57,280 nucleotides of DNA from the sequence record PP627281.1; one strand, 5' to 3'. Below, piece after piece: positions 28,980-37,609 of the stretch. The notes under the pieces were generated by a model, which was not told the DNA's origin, made no database searches, and was given only the letters and a program-made list of their open reading frames with translations. A program made the translations under genes and the position numbers. The DNA is from Escherichia phage KS_W4. Positions within the stretch are counted from its first letter, which is position 1. Every line of letters begins with the position of its first letter.

Positions 28980-29566
28980 TTTAATACCTCTTTAGACTGT
29001 TCAATTTCTAATGCACGCTGTGCGGATGCAATAATATCTTTCAAGTCTTCTACCAGACTTTTATGACCGCGTTCGCCCGGCTGCAACGCCTTTTTAATTA
29101 AATGTTGTAAAGCTGGGTTAGTTGTTTTCCAAGCTTCCAAGACATCATACACGTCCACGATGCATTTTACAACATTGCCGTTTTGATCTTTACCATAAAT
29201 AATTTTCTGATATTTATTCATGGGAATTTTAGATGGTTCATATTTGGTAAAAACTGCACCATTAAATGTATTACTTATGCTTATTCCAGAAGAAGGTTGA
29301 TGGTACACTCCGGAGCGAGTGTTTTCGCTGGCTTGTTTGACGTAATCATCCGCAACGATATATCGCCAGGCTATAATATCTTGAACTTTATAAGGGCTAT
29401 TTTCATCCATAGCTGAACGCCCTTCTATAGCCCAATCCCATCCATGTAATAGATTCTTAACGTGTGTGCCGTTGCGCAAACGAACTTCAAACTTTTCATT
29501 GCGAAGAAAGATTGGCATTCCTTTCCCATCGTGCTGGTGCCAAATTTTATTAAGATTATCTTTCAT
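28976..29566 (-). CDS. hypothetical protein within the 7-deazaguanine cluster
   Basis: about 196 aa from ATG 29566 (track starts at TTG 29605); no motif recognised. Confidence 0.45.
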   Translation of the reverse strand: MKDNLNKIWHQHDGKGMPIFLRNEKFEVRLRNGTHVKNLLHGWDWAIEGRSAMDENSPYKVQDIIAWRYIVADDYVKQASENTRSGVYHQPSSGISISNTFNGAVFTKYEPSKIPMNKYQKIIYGKDQNGNVVKCIVDVYDVLEAWKTTNPALQHLIKKALQPGERGHKSLVEDLKDIIASAQRALEIEQSKEVLK

Positions 29567-29567
29567 T

Positions 29568-30047
29568 TTACGCTCTCGCTGTACGTGATTGAACTTCGTA
29601 AACAATCCAAAGGATAGCGGATGCTGTGAACTTACTTAAGCTCATTGCTACCATTGATCCCGGATTAACAATACCTATAATACTTAAGAACACAATGGAG
29701 TCAATCGGTACAGCTACCAAAGAGCTAATAAATACACGTTGATGAAACGGCTTCTTAGTAATCGTGTATACCGCATAGTCCGCAAACTCGCTAAGAGCAA
29801 AGGATGCAACGGATGCAACTACAACAGCAGGATCCCCAAATACCCAGCTAAGGATGCAACCAACAATCATTGCAGGGATAACGCCTTTACCAGCGTTACG
29901 CTGTGCGTAGTCACGCAACACAAAGATAATACCTACAAAGAAAGCCATCATGGGGACTACGCCAAGAGGCGTGTTAAGCATCGGAAGGTAGGAAAAGCCA
30001 AGGTTTACGAATGTAATTGCAGCCAGATAAGCAACGATAAATTTCAT
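29568..30047 (-). CDS. YhhQ/DUF165-like membrane protein (putative queuosine-precursor transporter)
   Basis: about 159 aa from ATG 30047 (GGAGAA RBS); six hydrophobic segments; pattern resembles YhhQ-family transporters. Confidence 0.45.
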   Translation of the reverse strand: MKFIVAYLAAITFVNLGFSYLPMLNTPLGVVPMMAFFVGIIFVLRDYAQRNAGKGVIPAMIVGCILSWVFGDPAVVVASVASFALSEFADYAVYTITKKPFHQRVFISSLVAVPIDSIVFLSIIGIVNPGSMVAMSLSKFTASAILWIVYEVQSRTARA

Positions 30048-30167
30048 ACTTTTGTTCTCCAGTTTTAACAGCGTTATTCGCTGGTTGTTGGGTTTAAAAG
30101 CTTTAGTAGTATAGTTGGGTCCCCGCACCCTAAACAATGCGCTAGCGGTGCGGTTTTCGCGGTAAGA

Positions 30168-30875
30168 TCAAGCTTTGCTAATAAATTCGCTGTACCCTTT
30201 AGCACGCAGTTTGCACGCAGGACATTCACCGCAACCATATCCCCAGTCATGCAGAGTGCGACGGACGCCGTTATAACACGTATGGGACTGCTCAATTACT
30301 GTGGTTAAGAAACCAACCTTATCCGCCAGCTCAAACGTTTCAGCTTTATTTAAACGCATAAGCGGAGTAACAAAATGGATATCTGTTTCATATCCAACGT
30401 TTAATGTAGCTTCAAGCAGGTCTACAAACTGCTGGCGGCAATCCGGATAACCGCTATAGTCTGTTTCACAAACGCCTGTAACCACATATCGGGCTCCAAC
30501 CTTCTGCGCGTAGGCGTGAGCGGTAGTCAGAAAAAGCGCATTACGGTTTGGCACAAAGCTTGCCGGAAGGTTGTTGTGCTGTTCGTGATGTTCGTTAACA
30601 TCACCTTCGTTCCCGATTAAAGCACTATTGCCAATCTGTTTTAAAGCAGGTAATTCAAAGACAACAAATGGGACATCGTGCTCTTTACAAATTTGATTAG
30701 CACAAGCCAGCTCAATGTTATGACGTTGACCGTATGCAAAACCAATAGCGTAGACCTTATCATAGTTATTAAGGGCAAGACCCAAACAGGTCACGCTGTC
30801 CTGGCCGCCAGACAGGACGACAACGGCGGAGTTATGATTTTTTACAGGGAATACCAGTTTATCTAATTTATTCAT
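30168..30875 (-). CDS. queC: 7-cyano-7-deazaguanine synthase
   Basis: about 235 aa from ATG 30875; PP-loop SGGQDS motif; C-terminal Cys cluster (CGECPAC). Confidence 0.8.
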   Translation of the reverse strand: MNKLDKLVFPVKNHNSAVVVLSGGQDSVTCLGLALNNYDKVYAIGFAYGQRHNIELACANQICKEHDVPFVVFELPALKQIGNSALIGNEGDVNEHHEQHNNLPASFVPNRNALFLTTAHAYAQKVGARYVVTGVCETDYSGYPDCRQQFVDLLEATLNVGYETDIHFVTPLMRLNKAETFELADKVGFLTTVIEQSHTCYNGVRRTLHDWGYGCGECPACKLRAKGYSEFISKA

Positions 30876-30876
30876 T

Positions 30877-31065
30877 TTAGAACCCTTTAAGGCTAATATT
30901 AAGATTAACGACCACTTGTTCAACTACATCATCAGATGTCATCTGACGCTTATGAATTTCAAGCTCCGAATGTATGTTCTTGGATGCAGCACGACAGATA
31001 GCGTCATTCAGCTCGTCTTGTAAACGTTGCATCTTCTGCATAAGAATTACAGTTTCTTCATTCAT
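30877..31065 (-). CDS. hypothetical small protein
   Basis: 62-aa ORF; appears paralogous to the next upstream 70-aa ORF. Confidence 0.35.
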   Translation of the reverse strand: MNEETVILMQKMQRLQDELNDAICRAASKNIHSELEIHKRQMTSDDVVEQVVVNLNISLKGF

Positions 31066-31270
31066 CTTCTACACCTTTAATATCACAAGGGTTGATTGTT
31101 ACGTTTGACATCACAATCGGATGATTGCGTGCTCCGATTGTACTAACGTGGTTAATATCTAATTCAACATGCACACCCTGCATAGTAGCGTGAGCAATTG
31201 CAGAATTAAGTTTTTCTACCAGCTCAGTGATCATTTCCTGATGCTGTTTCGCTTCTTCCAAAGTGATCAT
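31058..31270 (-). CDS. hypothetical small protein
   Basis: 70-aa ORF in the que cluster. Confidence 0.35.
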   Translation of the reverse strand: MITLEEAKQHQEMITELVEKLNSAIAHATMQGVHVELDINHVSTIGARNHPIVMSNVTINPCDIKGVEDE

Positions 31271-31525
31271 TTAAACCTCCGTTAATGTTTGAGTCCAGTC
31301 TAAGCCTTCAAGGTCTACATCAGCTATTTCATCGTACTCGTAAGCTCCCGGATCTGCTGGCAGCCATCTATCAAATCGATGGCTGAGTTCTGGAGGAATT
31401 GCTTCATACCCCCAAACCTTCCCATCCTTGTCGGCTGCCAGATAATCAACTCGACTTGGAACGGTTAAAGTGACACCACAAAAATTAACATCTTTAGTAT
31501 GCACAACCTGACTTAATACACGCAT
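31271..31525 (-). CDS. hypothetical protein (VDLEGxDW family)
   Basis: 84 aa; C-terminal ADVDLEGLDWTQTLTEV shared with the ORF at 52069-52374. Confidence 0.45.
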   Translation of the reverse strand: MRVLSQVVHTKDVNFCGVTLTVPSRVDYLAADKDGKVWGYEAIPPELSHRFDRWLPADPGAYEYDEIADVDLEGLDWTQTLTEV

Positions 31526-32232
31526 TATTCCACCCCGATATATTTGTGAACCTGAAGCTGCAACGTGTACCCGTGTTTCATACAGCTTTTGACAACCGCT
31601 TGGATGTTACTGTGGTTAAGATCTTCATCCTGCTCGTCCATTGGCTGTAAATATATCTTACCCTTGAACCCCTTCGGAGGTCTAGCGATAAATGGCGTAG
31701 CTTGATGATCTAATGCCTGAAGCGGTAAACCGTCTTCCACGTTTACACAGCACGCTTTAAGCACATATTTAAATGCGTTTGCTCGGTACAGCACAGTAGG
31801 ATGAATTTTTGAAGTCTTAGGACTGCATACAATGACAGGCAGCTGGGAAAAGTTCTTAGGTAAAGGCATAGACCCATTCGTTTCAATTTGTACAAGATAC
31901 CCGCGCGATAAGAGTTGTTCGACAAACGGGTTAATTTGCTGACGGAACGGTTCACCCCCAGTAATAACCACAAGTGAGGTGCTATTGCCTGATTCCAGCT
32001 TACGGCTTTCGATTAAACGCATGATATCAACAATGTGATAAAGAGAACGACCTACAGTATAGTCAGTATCACAGCCCGGACATTGCAGGTTACACCCAGC
32101 AAGTCGCACAAATACAGCAGGTTGGCCGCAGAATGGCCCTTCACCCTGAATGGTAGAGAATACCGAATGCACGTCTAAATACATATCGTTTTCTTTAGAA
32201 CGAGACTCGGGAGCTTGTTGATTAATATTCAT
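31525..32232 (-). CDS. queE: 7-carboxy-7-deazaguanine synthase (radical SAM)
   Basis: 235 aa; CNLQCPGC (Cx3Cx2C-type) cluster; GGEP motif; RBS AGAGGA. Confidence 0.75.
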   Translation of the reverse strand: MNINQQAPESRSKENDMYLDVHSVFSTIQGEGPFCGQPAVFVRLAGCNLQCPGCDTDYTVGRSLYHIVDIMRLIESRKLESGNSTSLVVITGGEPFRQQINPFVEQLLSRGYLVQIETNGSMPLPKNFSQLPVIVCSPKTSKIHPTVLYRANAFKYVLKACCVNVEDGLPLQALDHQATPFIARPPKGFKGKIYLQPMDEQDEDLNHSNIQAVVKSCMKHGYTLQLQVHKYIGVE

Positions 32233-32246
32233 CTTAAATCCTCTAG

Positions 32247-32276
32247 TGAAAAAGAAAGCGCCTCATTGGGCGCTTT
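32247..32276 (-). terminator. rho-independent terminator
   Basis: AAAGCGCC-CAATGA-GGCGCTTT followed by CTTTTTC on the minus strand. Confidence 0.65.
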
Positions 32277-32301
32277 CATTATAACGTGATATGTTTTGAT
32301 A

Positions 32302-33114
32302 TTACAAGCCGTTCAGGGCTTCCGGTACTGGTACAGGTACGCGACCAGTCACACCATTAAATTTCTTCCAGCGTGCATACTGGGTTTTAACGGTATCTTC
32401 GTTCAGCCCATGGCGACCGGCCAGATTCAGAACATAAGAGATCGGAGCAGGTTGGCCCAGCGTAGCGCTAATCTGGTCCATCAGAGCCCAAGCACGACCG
32501 CAGGAAGTTTCCGGTTGCGGACGGCGAACACCGTTCTGTTCCGGCATACGATTAGCTTCTTTTTCTTTCTCGCGGAGTTCTTTAGCGCGTGCTTTTTCCG
32601 CTTCTTTTTCTGCCTGTTTTGCAGCACGGATCTTGTCTTTGAAGCCTTTAATAGTAGCTTCCAGACCATCCACCAGACCCTGGGCAGAAGTTACAGCACC
32701 GGACAGGTCTTCACCTTTAGACTTCTTAACGACAGCTTTCAGCTCTTTCAGAGCTTCTTTAATGGTCTTCAGGTTTGCAGATCCCTGAGTTTCTGCTTCC
32801 GTGATCTGTTCAACAGTGCTTTCGTCGGTGACGGTAGCCAAAGAGTTTTTCAGGATTTCAGCAGCGTTAGCAATCGCATTAAATTTGTTTTCCGCTTCAG
32901 TGCGGATTTCAGCTTGTTTCTTTTCAGCGGCAGCTTTTTTCTCTGCTTCTTTTTTCTCTTTTGCTACGCGTGCAGCTTCAGCAGCAGCGGCTTTCTTAGC
33001 TTCTGCATCATTCACAGTAGCTTCTTTCTTTGCAGGTTTAGCAGATTTTGCAGCGGCAGCAGCGGCAGCAGCGGCAGCGGCTTTTTTATCTTCAATGTTG
33101 CTCATTCTCTTCAC
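32302..33114 (-). CDS. Ala/Lys/Glu-rich protein with conserved C-terminal domain
   Basis: 270 aa; poly-Ala tract encoded by GCN repeats at 33050-33082; C-terminal about 45 aa shared with the ORF at 48588-49202. Confidence 0.5.
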   Translation of the reverse strand: MKRMSNIEDKKAAAAAAAAAAAKSAKPAKKEATVNDAEAKKAAAAEAARVAKEKKEAEKKAAAEKKQAEIRTEAENKFNAIANAAEILKNSLATVTDESTVEQITEAETQGSANLKTIKEALKELKAVVKKSKGEDLSGAVTSAQGLVDGLEATIKGFKDKIRAAKQAEKEAEKARAKELREKEKEANRMPEQNGVRRPQPETSCGRAWALMDQISATLGQPAPISYVLNLAGRHGLNEDTVKTQYARWKKFNGVTGRVPVPVPEALNGL

Positions 33115-33232
33115 TCCGAATTGTTATGGGTTCGTTTGTTACCAACGGGGTTAAATGTACCAAAGGATTTTGTGACACGCAACCCCTTATCTGAATATTT
33201 TTAAAAATATTTTTGATCAAGCTTAGAACTTA

Positions 33233-33727
33233 CTAACTCTTTGCCCCTCTGCCCGGTGTCCATGCGGCTTGCAATGCGGGTTGCTCACAAACGACCCTGG
33301 CACCGGAAATAATACCACCCTCCCGTTCAGCATCGTATTTGACACGGGCAGGTTTCCAAAGTCCTTCATCCATTGACGGAACGTATTGCCCAATTTGAGG
33401 TGAGCAAAAGCCTTGGATATCGTATTCCACACAGAATTCGGCTTGTGCGCTGATTTGGGCGTGATCCAGGATTGTTTCTGGAAGTTGCGTAAAGTAATCA
33501 AACAAAATGCGCTCAACGATTTCCCGTTCATAAGGTGCAGCTCCTAAGTTTTCTGTCAAGTTAATATAAAGCATTTGAAGATCAACATCTTCAAGATCAT
33601 GTAAATCGTCTACTGGTGTCACCAGTGTTGACTCAGGGCAACAAATAATTCCAAGTTGGTGTAGTGTCAGCCAATTGGGATGCTTTGCCAAGAGTTCAAA
33701 TTTATCTGTATCAATCAGGACGTACAT
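33233..33727 (-). CDS. hypothetical protein
   Basis: 164-aa acidic ORF. Confidence 0.4.
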   Translation of the reverse strand: MYVLIDTDKFELLAKHPNWLTLHQLGIICCPESTLVTPVDDLHDLEDVDLQMLYINLTENLGAAPYEREIVERILFDYFTQLPETILDHAQISAQAEFCVEYDIQGFCSPQIGQYVPSMDEGLWKPARVKYDAEREGGIISGARVVCEQPALQAAWTPGRGAKS

Positions 33728-33740
33728 TGCAATCCCCTAT

Positions 33741-33771
33741 AAATAAGTAATGCCCCAATAGTAGGGGCATT
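33741..33771 (-). terminator. putative terminator after helicase gene
   Basis: AATGCCCC-TACTATT-GGGGCATT followed by ACTTATTTAT on the minus strand. Confidence 0.4.
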
Positions 33772-33786
33772 AGATGTTGAAGTCAA

Positions 33787-35769
33787 TTAGAACGGAACGT
33801 AATCTGGATCATCTACTTGTACAGGATTAACCACATTGTTCACTGTTATACCTTGCGTATTCTGCGAAACAATATCATCCCAGCTCACATCATCGTTATA
33901 GCTCGGACCTTCGGTTGTTCCATCTTGCCCGTATACTTTAACTTGAATAGCTTCGTCGTCCTGTGGAGCTTCAAACTTACCGAAACACGTACCATCATAA
34001 TCATAGTTCAATATCTCAGGCCATTTCTTATTGGTATGAACTTTGATGTATTTCGGTGTTTTAAGCATTGCAGCAACATCAAGAGCTTCTTCAATAGTTT
34101 GTGGTAAAGGAAGATGCGTCCTTTTCTTCCACCATGCAACCGCTTTACGACCTGCCCAGTCACCATGAAGCAGAGCTACCCATTCGCTGAATATTTTACT
34201 ACCGCAATAATAAGTCACCTTCATTGTTGGTGGTTTAGAGCTGTCATTGCGTTTAGTGTGCTTCGCATAAGTAACATGCGTAACTTTAAAGTCTTCAACT
34301 ACAGGAATGTCCTGCTTGATCAATGCTTCGGTACTTGCTGCCTTTTTAAGTTTCGTTTGGAACTTAAACTCATGACCGCAAAATCCTTCTTTAACATAAT
34401 CCGTTCCACGTAGTCTAAATCCCTTCAAATATAATTGTTGAACTTGTTCCTGTGTAACGCTGTCCATAGGAATTGGTGCAAAGCCACCACAATAGCGAGC
34501 AGATGCATGATTATACGACCCGCACACATCGCATTCTTTAACCGGAGCAGTACCAGCACCTTTTTCGCCCGGGCGCTTGGGTTTAACAGGGTCGTTAATA
34601 GGGCCCAAACGACGCGTATTACCGCTGAAATCCAGTACAAGGCAGTTCTGCTTAGGGCTTGCTGCAATAGCTTGCAAGCGGCCTTCCTGCGTGGAAAGAT
34701 CAAAGCCCTCCGCATATACCGGACGCGTACCGCGACCCAACATCTGAACCCATAGCACCGCCGAGGCAGTTGGGCGAAGCATGATAATCAGATCAAGCAT
34801 TGGATGGTCGAAACCTGTGGTTAAGACGTTGTTATTTGTCAGCGCTCGAAACTCTCCACGCTTGAACTTTTCAATAATCTCGTCACGCTCTTTTGCATCG
34901 AGCTTTGAGTGAATACATCCGCAACTAATACCCATATCGTTCAGCATATCGCACGCATCTTTAGCGTGTTCAATACCAGAACAAAATATAAGCCAACTTT
35001 GACGGTCTTCACCACATTCAATGGCTTCCTCAAGTGCTCGGAGTGTTGCGTCGTCGCGGTTCACCGCACTTTGCAGCTCACTCTGGATAAACTCACCGCC
35101 GCGTTTCCCTACCCCGTTGAGGTCCAGTTCCATCTTTGTACGCTTTGGCACAACCGGAAGTAAATAACCTTGCTCCAGGAACCAGTTAAAGGCTTCAGGG
35201 GTAGTTGCATCAAACGTTACTTTATCAAATAAAGCATCATCGTCTTCGTTTTCCTTAACAATTGAGCCGTAACCCAGTCGGTAAGGTGTAGCGGTAAGAC
35301 CGATGATTTTTAAATACGGGTTAACTTCACGCAATGCTGCAAAGAACTTCTTATACATTGTTGCATCACGCGGACTAATAAGGTGCGCTTCATCCACAAA
35401 GATTAGATCAACCTTGCCAAACTTTTTAGGATGCTTAGCAACAGATGCAATCCCCGCAAATGTGATAAGATTATAAACTTCTTTACGCTTCAAACCTGCG
35501 CTGTAAATACCTGCTGGCGCTTCCGGCCAGACTTTCATTAATTTATCATAGTTTTGTGCAATTAACTCTTTGACGTGAGTTAACATCATTACGCGCTGGT
35601 TTGGATACCATTTATAAAGCAGATCGAGGAACCCAGCGATAACGAGCGATTTTCCTGTCCCTGTTGGTAACAGGATCAAAGGGTTCCCCGCGTTACCCTT
35701 TTCAGCATCAAAATAGCGGAATACGCTATAAACTGCTTCCTGTTGATAATCGCGGAGCTGCATAATCAA
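33787..35769 (-). CDS. SF2 DNA helicase (DEAH-type)
   Basis: 660 aa; Walker A LPTGTGKS; Walker B/DEAH in LIFVDEAHLI; C-terminal Cys-rich segment. Confidence 0.75.
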   Translation of the reverse strand: MIMQLRDYQQEAVYSVFRYFDAEKGNAGNPLILLPTGTGKSLVIAGFLDLLYKWYPNQRVMMLTHVKELIAQNYDKLMKVWPEAPAGIYSAGLKRKEVYNLITFAGIASVAKHPKKFGKVDLIFVDEAHLISPRDATMYKKFFAALREVNPYLKIIGLTATPYRLGYGSIVKENEDDDALFDKVTFDATTPEAFNWFLEQGYLLPVVPKRTKMELDLNGVGKRGGEFIQSELQSAVNRDDATLRALEEAIECGEDRQSWLIFCSGIEHAKDACDMLNDMGISCGCIHSKLDAKERDEIIEKFKRGEFRALTNNNVLTTGFDHPMLDLIIMLRPTASAVLWVQMLGRGTRPVYAEGFDLSTQEGRLQAIAASPKQNCLVLDFSGNTRRLGPINDPVKPKRPGEKGAGTAPVKECDVCGSYNHASARYCGGFAPIPMDSVTQEQVQQLYLKGFRLRGTDYVKEGFCGHEFKFQTKLKKAASTEALIKQDIPVVEDFKVTHVTYAKHTKRNDSSKPPTMKVTYYCGSKIFSEWVALLHGDWAGRKAVAWWKKRTHLPLPQTIEEALDVAAMLKTPKYIKVHTNKKWPEILNYDYDGTCFGKFEAPQDDEAIQVKVYGQDGTTEGPSYNDDVSWDDIVSQNTQGITVNNVVNPVQVDDPDYVPF

Positions 35770-36674
35770 TCTTTCCCGTAATAGTTAGCTACTTGATAGT
35801 TTTGACAACCAACTTTTTGACCCTGAGTATCTACTGCAACGGAATGGAAATTGCAATACCATGTTCCATCATCTTTTGGCTCAAGAAATTGACATGTGCG
35901 ACAGTTTACCTCCGGCATAGTTTTACGCCAGCACAATGAGGAATGGTCGCACCATTTGCATTCGAAGAAGGTAGAGTCTTTGAATGCACGGTCAGGAATA
36001 TCCGTAGCAATAGCAATCTGCACACCACGATCAATATACATGTCCGCAGTGACCGGATCAAACGGAATAATTTCTGCGTAAACTTCATCATCGTTCTTGT
36101 TTACCGCAAGATATAACGCTGCGCCAAGTCCAAGCTTGCGCATGTACACGTTCATCTGTACATAGTGCTCAGGTTTAGCTTCTTTGACACCTTTAGCTTT
36201 CAGCTTCTTGAACGACTTATCGTTGTGAGTCTTCATTTCAGTAAGCACGGGCATTCCAGGCTGAACGTCCGGACAACCTATAACCACACCATCGCAGGAA
36301 CCGCCAAAGTGTCCGCCAGCTTCGCTGATACGGAACTGGTGTCCGTTTTCATCCTGCTGGTACACCTGCATACCTGCCGCAAGAAGCATAGCAATGAAAC
36401 GCGCTTCTTCCAGATGCCCGCGGTTAAATAAGCGGAGCTGGCGTCCATCAAACTCTTTACGCGTAGCCCAGCGATACCCGTAGAACAGCTTGCGAGCACA
36501 TTGTTGTCCAATAAGGGAAGCACCTAAGTGACTGCGGTTGCCGCTTTCGGGGCGATATGCGTCTTCAATTGTGGGAATGACTACGCCAAGATACTTACGG
36601 TAAGTCCCACCCTGATCTTTTTGCACACCGTCATTGATTGCTTGAAGTGTTTTTTCTGCAATATAAATAGCCAT
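35766..36674 (-). CDS. PD-(D/E)xK-type exonuclease (putative recombination nuclease)
   Basis: 302 aa; D...E.K-like arrangement (GSCDGVV, LTEMKTH) and C-terminal Cys cluster. Confidence 0.45.
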   Translation of the reverse strand: MAIYIAEKTLQAINDGVQKDQGGTYRKYLGVVIPTIEDAYRPESGNRSHLGASLIGQQCARKLFYGYRWATRKEFDGRQLRLFNRGHLEEARFIAMLLAAGMQVYQQDENGHQFRISEAGGHFGGSCDGVVIGCPDVQPGMPVLTEMKTHNDKSFKKLKAKGVKEAKPEHYVQMNVYMRKLGLGAALYLAVNKNDDEVYAEIIPFDPVTADMYIDRGVQIAIATDIPDRAFKDSTFFECKWCDHSSLCWRKTMPEVNCRTCQFLEPKDDGTWYCNFHSVAVDTQGQKVGCQNYQVANYYGKD

Positions 36675-36685
36675 TGGAGTACCTT

Positions 36686-36713
36686 AGAAAAATAAGCCGT
36701 CTTTCGACGGCTT
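36686..36713 (-). terminator. rho-independent terminator
   Basis: AAGCCGTC-GAAA-GACGGCTT followed by ATTTTTCT on the minus strand. Confidence 0.6.
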
Positions 36714-36739
36714 AGGGACACTACAGAGGGAGGATTAAC

Positions 36740-37609
36740 TTACTGCTGCCACGGCGGGACGGCTGCTTGTGCCGGATGCGGTTCAGCTTGCTGCTGTGGC
36801 TGCGCTTGCTGCTGCGGTGCCGCTGCCTGACCCGGCTGCGCTAACTGCTGCGCCCACGGTTGCTGAGCTGCTTCCGGTGCTACTGGCTGTTGTACCGGAG
36901 CTTGCTGAACTGGCTGCTGTGGCGCTGCGTTTTGAGCAGGGTTATCCCACGGCTGCGGTGCGGCATTCTGCCACGGTTGAGCTGCTGCGCCCTGCTGCGG
37001 TGCTGGTTGCTGAACAGTCTGCTGTTGCTGTACCGGAGCTTGCTGCTGTACAGGTGCTTGCTGTTGCTGAGCAAACGGGTTAGCTGCTGGCTGCTGCGGT
37101 GCTGCGCCCGGGAATGCTGGCTGCTGTGCTGGCGCACCTGCACCGAACGGGTTAGCTACTGCTGGAGCGCCCATTGATGGAGCCTCTGCTGCTTTTTCTG
37201 CATACTTAACCGGATCGTTAATGTTAGCGTAACCGTTAGGCTCGTTGCTGTCTTCATAACCTTCCTGAGAACGAACTTTCAGACGCAGGTTCAGCGGAAT
37301 GTTATGCAGTTGAGCAGGAGTATCCCAGCGAATTACACCAACTGCATGAGACAGAGCGCCCAGTTGCTCGTAAGCGATACGCACAGTATCTTCGTTGTCA
37401 TTGATGACGTTATAACGAGCAAAGATTTTACGCCCTTTAGCAAAACCGTCAATGATGCTAAACGTTACCTGGATCGCCATACCGCCATTTTTGGTCGGTT
37501 TAAATTCAGATGCTTCAATTACTGCTTTATACCAACCTTTCGGCAATGCGCCGTAAGAAGGTGCTTGATAGCTGCTCGCGTCAAAGTGGAAATTAGTTGG
37601 CATAGTCAT
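36740..37609 (-). CDS. ssDNA-binding/annealing-associated protein with Q/P/A-rich tail (putative)
   Basis: 289 aa; globular N-terminal about 150 aa followed by a low-complexity Gln/Pro/Ala-rich C-terminus; beside a Sak4-like ATPase. Confidence 0.35.
   Translation of the reverse strand: MTMPTNFHFDASSYQAPSYGALPKGWYKAVIEASEFKPTKNGGMAIQVTFSIIDGFAKGRKIFARYNVINDNEDTVRIAYEQLGALSHAVGVIRWDTPAQLHNIPLNLRLKVRSQEGYEDSNEPNGYANINDPVKYAEKAAEAPSMGAPAVANPFGAGAPAQQPAFPGAAPQQPAANPFAQQQQAPVQQQAPVQQQQTVQQPAPQQGAAAQPWQNAAPQPWDNPAQNAAPQQPVQQAPVQQPVAPEAAQQPWAQQLAQPGQAAAPQQQAQPQQQAEPHPAQAAVPPWQQ

Noticed and set aside
26605-32232. Archaeosine-type modification (amidotransferase-QueC fusion) or QueF reductase
   Set aside because: Only a standalone QueC of about 235 aa is present and no ORF shows a glutamine amidotransferase or QueF signature; the preQ0-type pathway is the better-supported reading.
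32296-33204. 302-aa plus-strand ORF antisense to the Ala/Lys-rich gene
   Set aside because: Low-complexity Phe/Ser-rich translation produced by the complement of GCN/AAG repeats; the minus-strand gene has the RBS and terminator context.
36769-37177. Long plus-strand ORFs (36769-37083, 36860-37177) and a minus-strand alternate-frame ORF (36880-37143)
   Set aside because: They overlap the CAG/CTG-rich low-complexity region of the SSB-like gene; repeats keep several frames open by chance.
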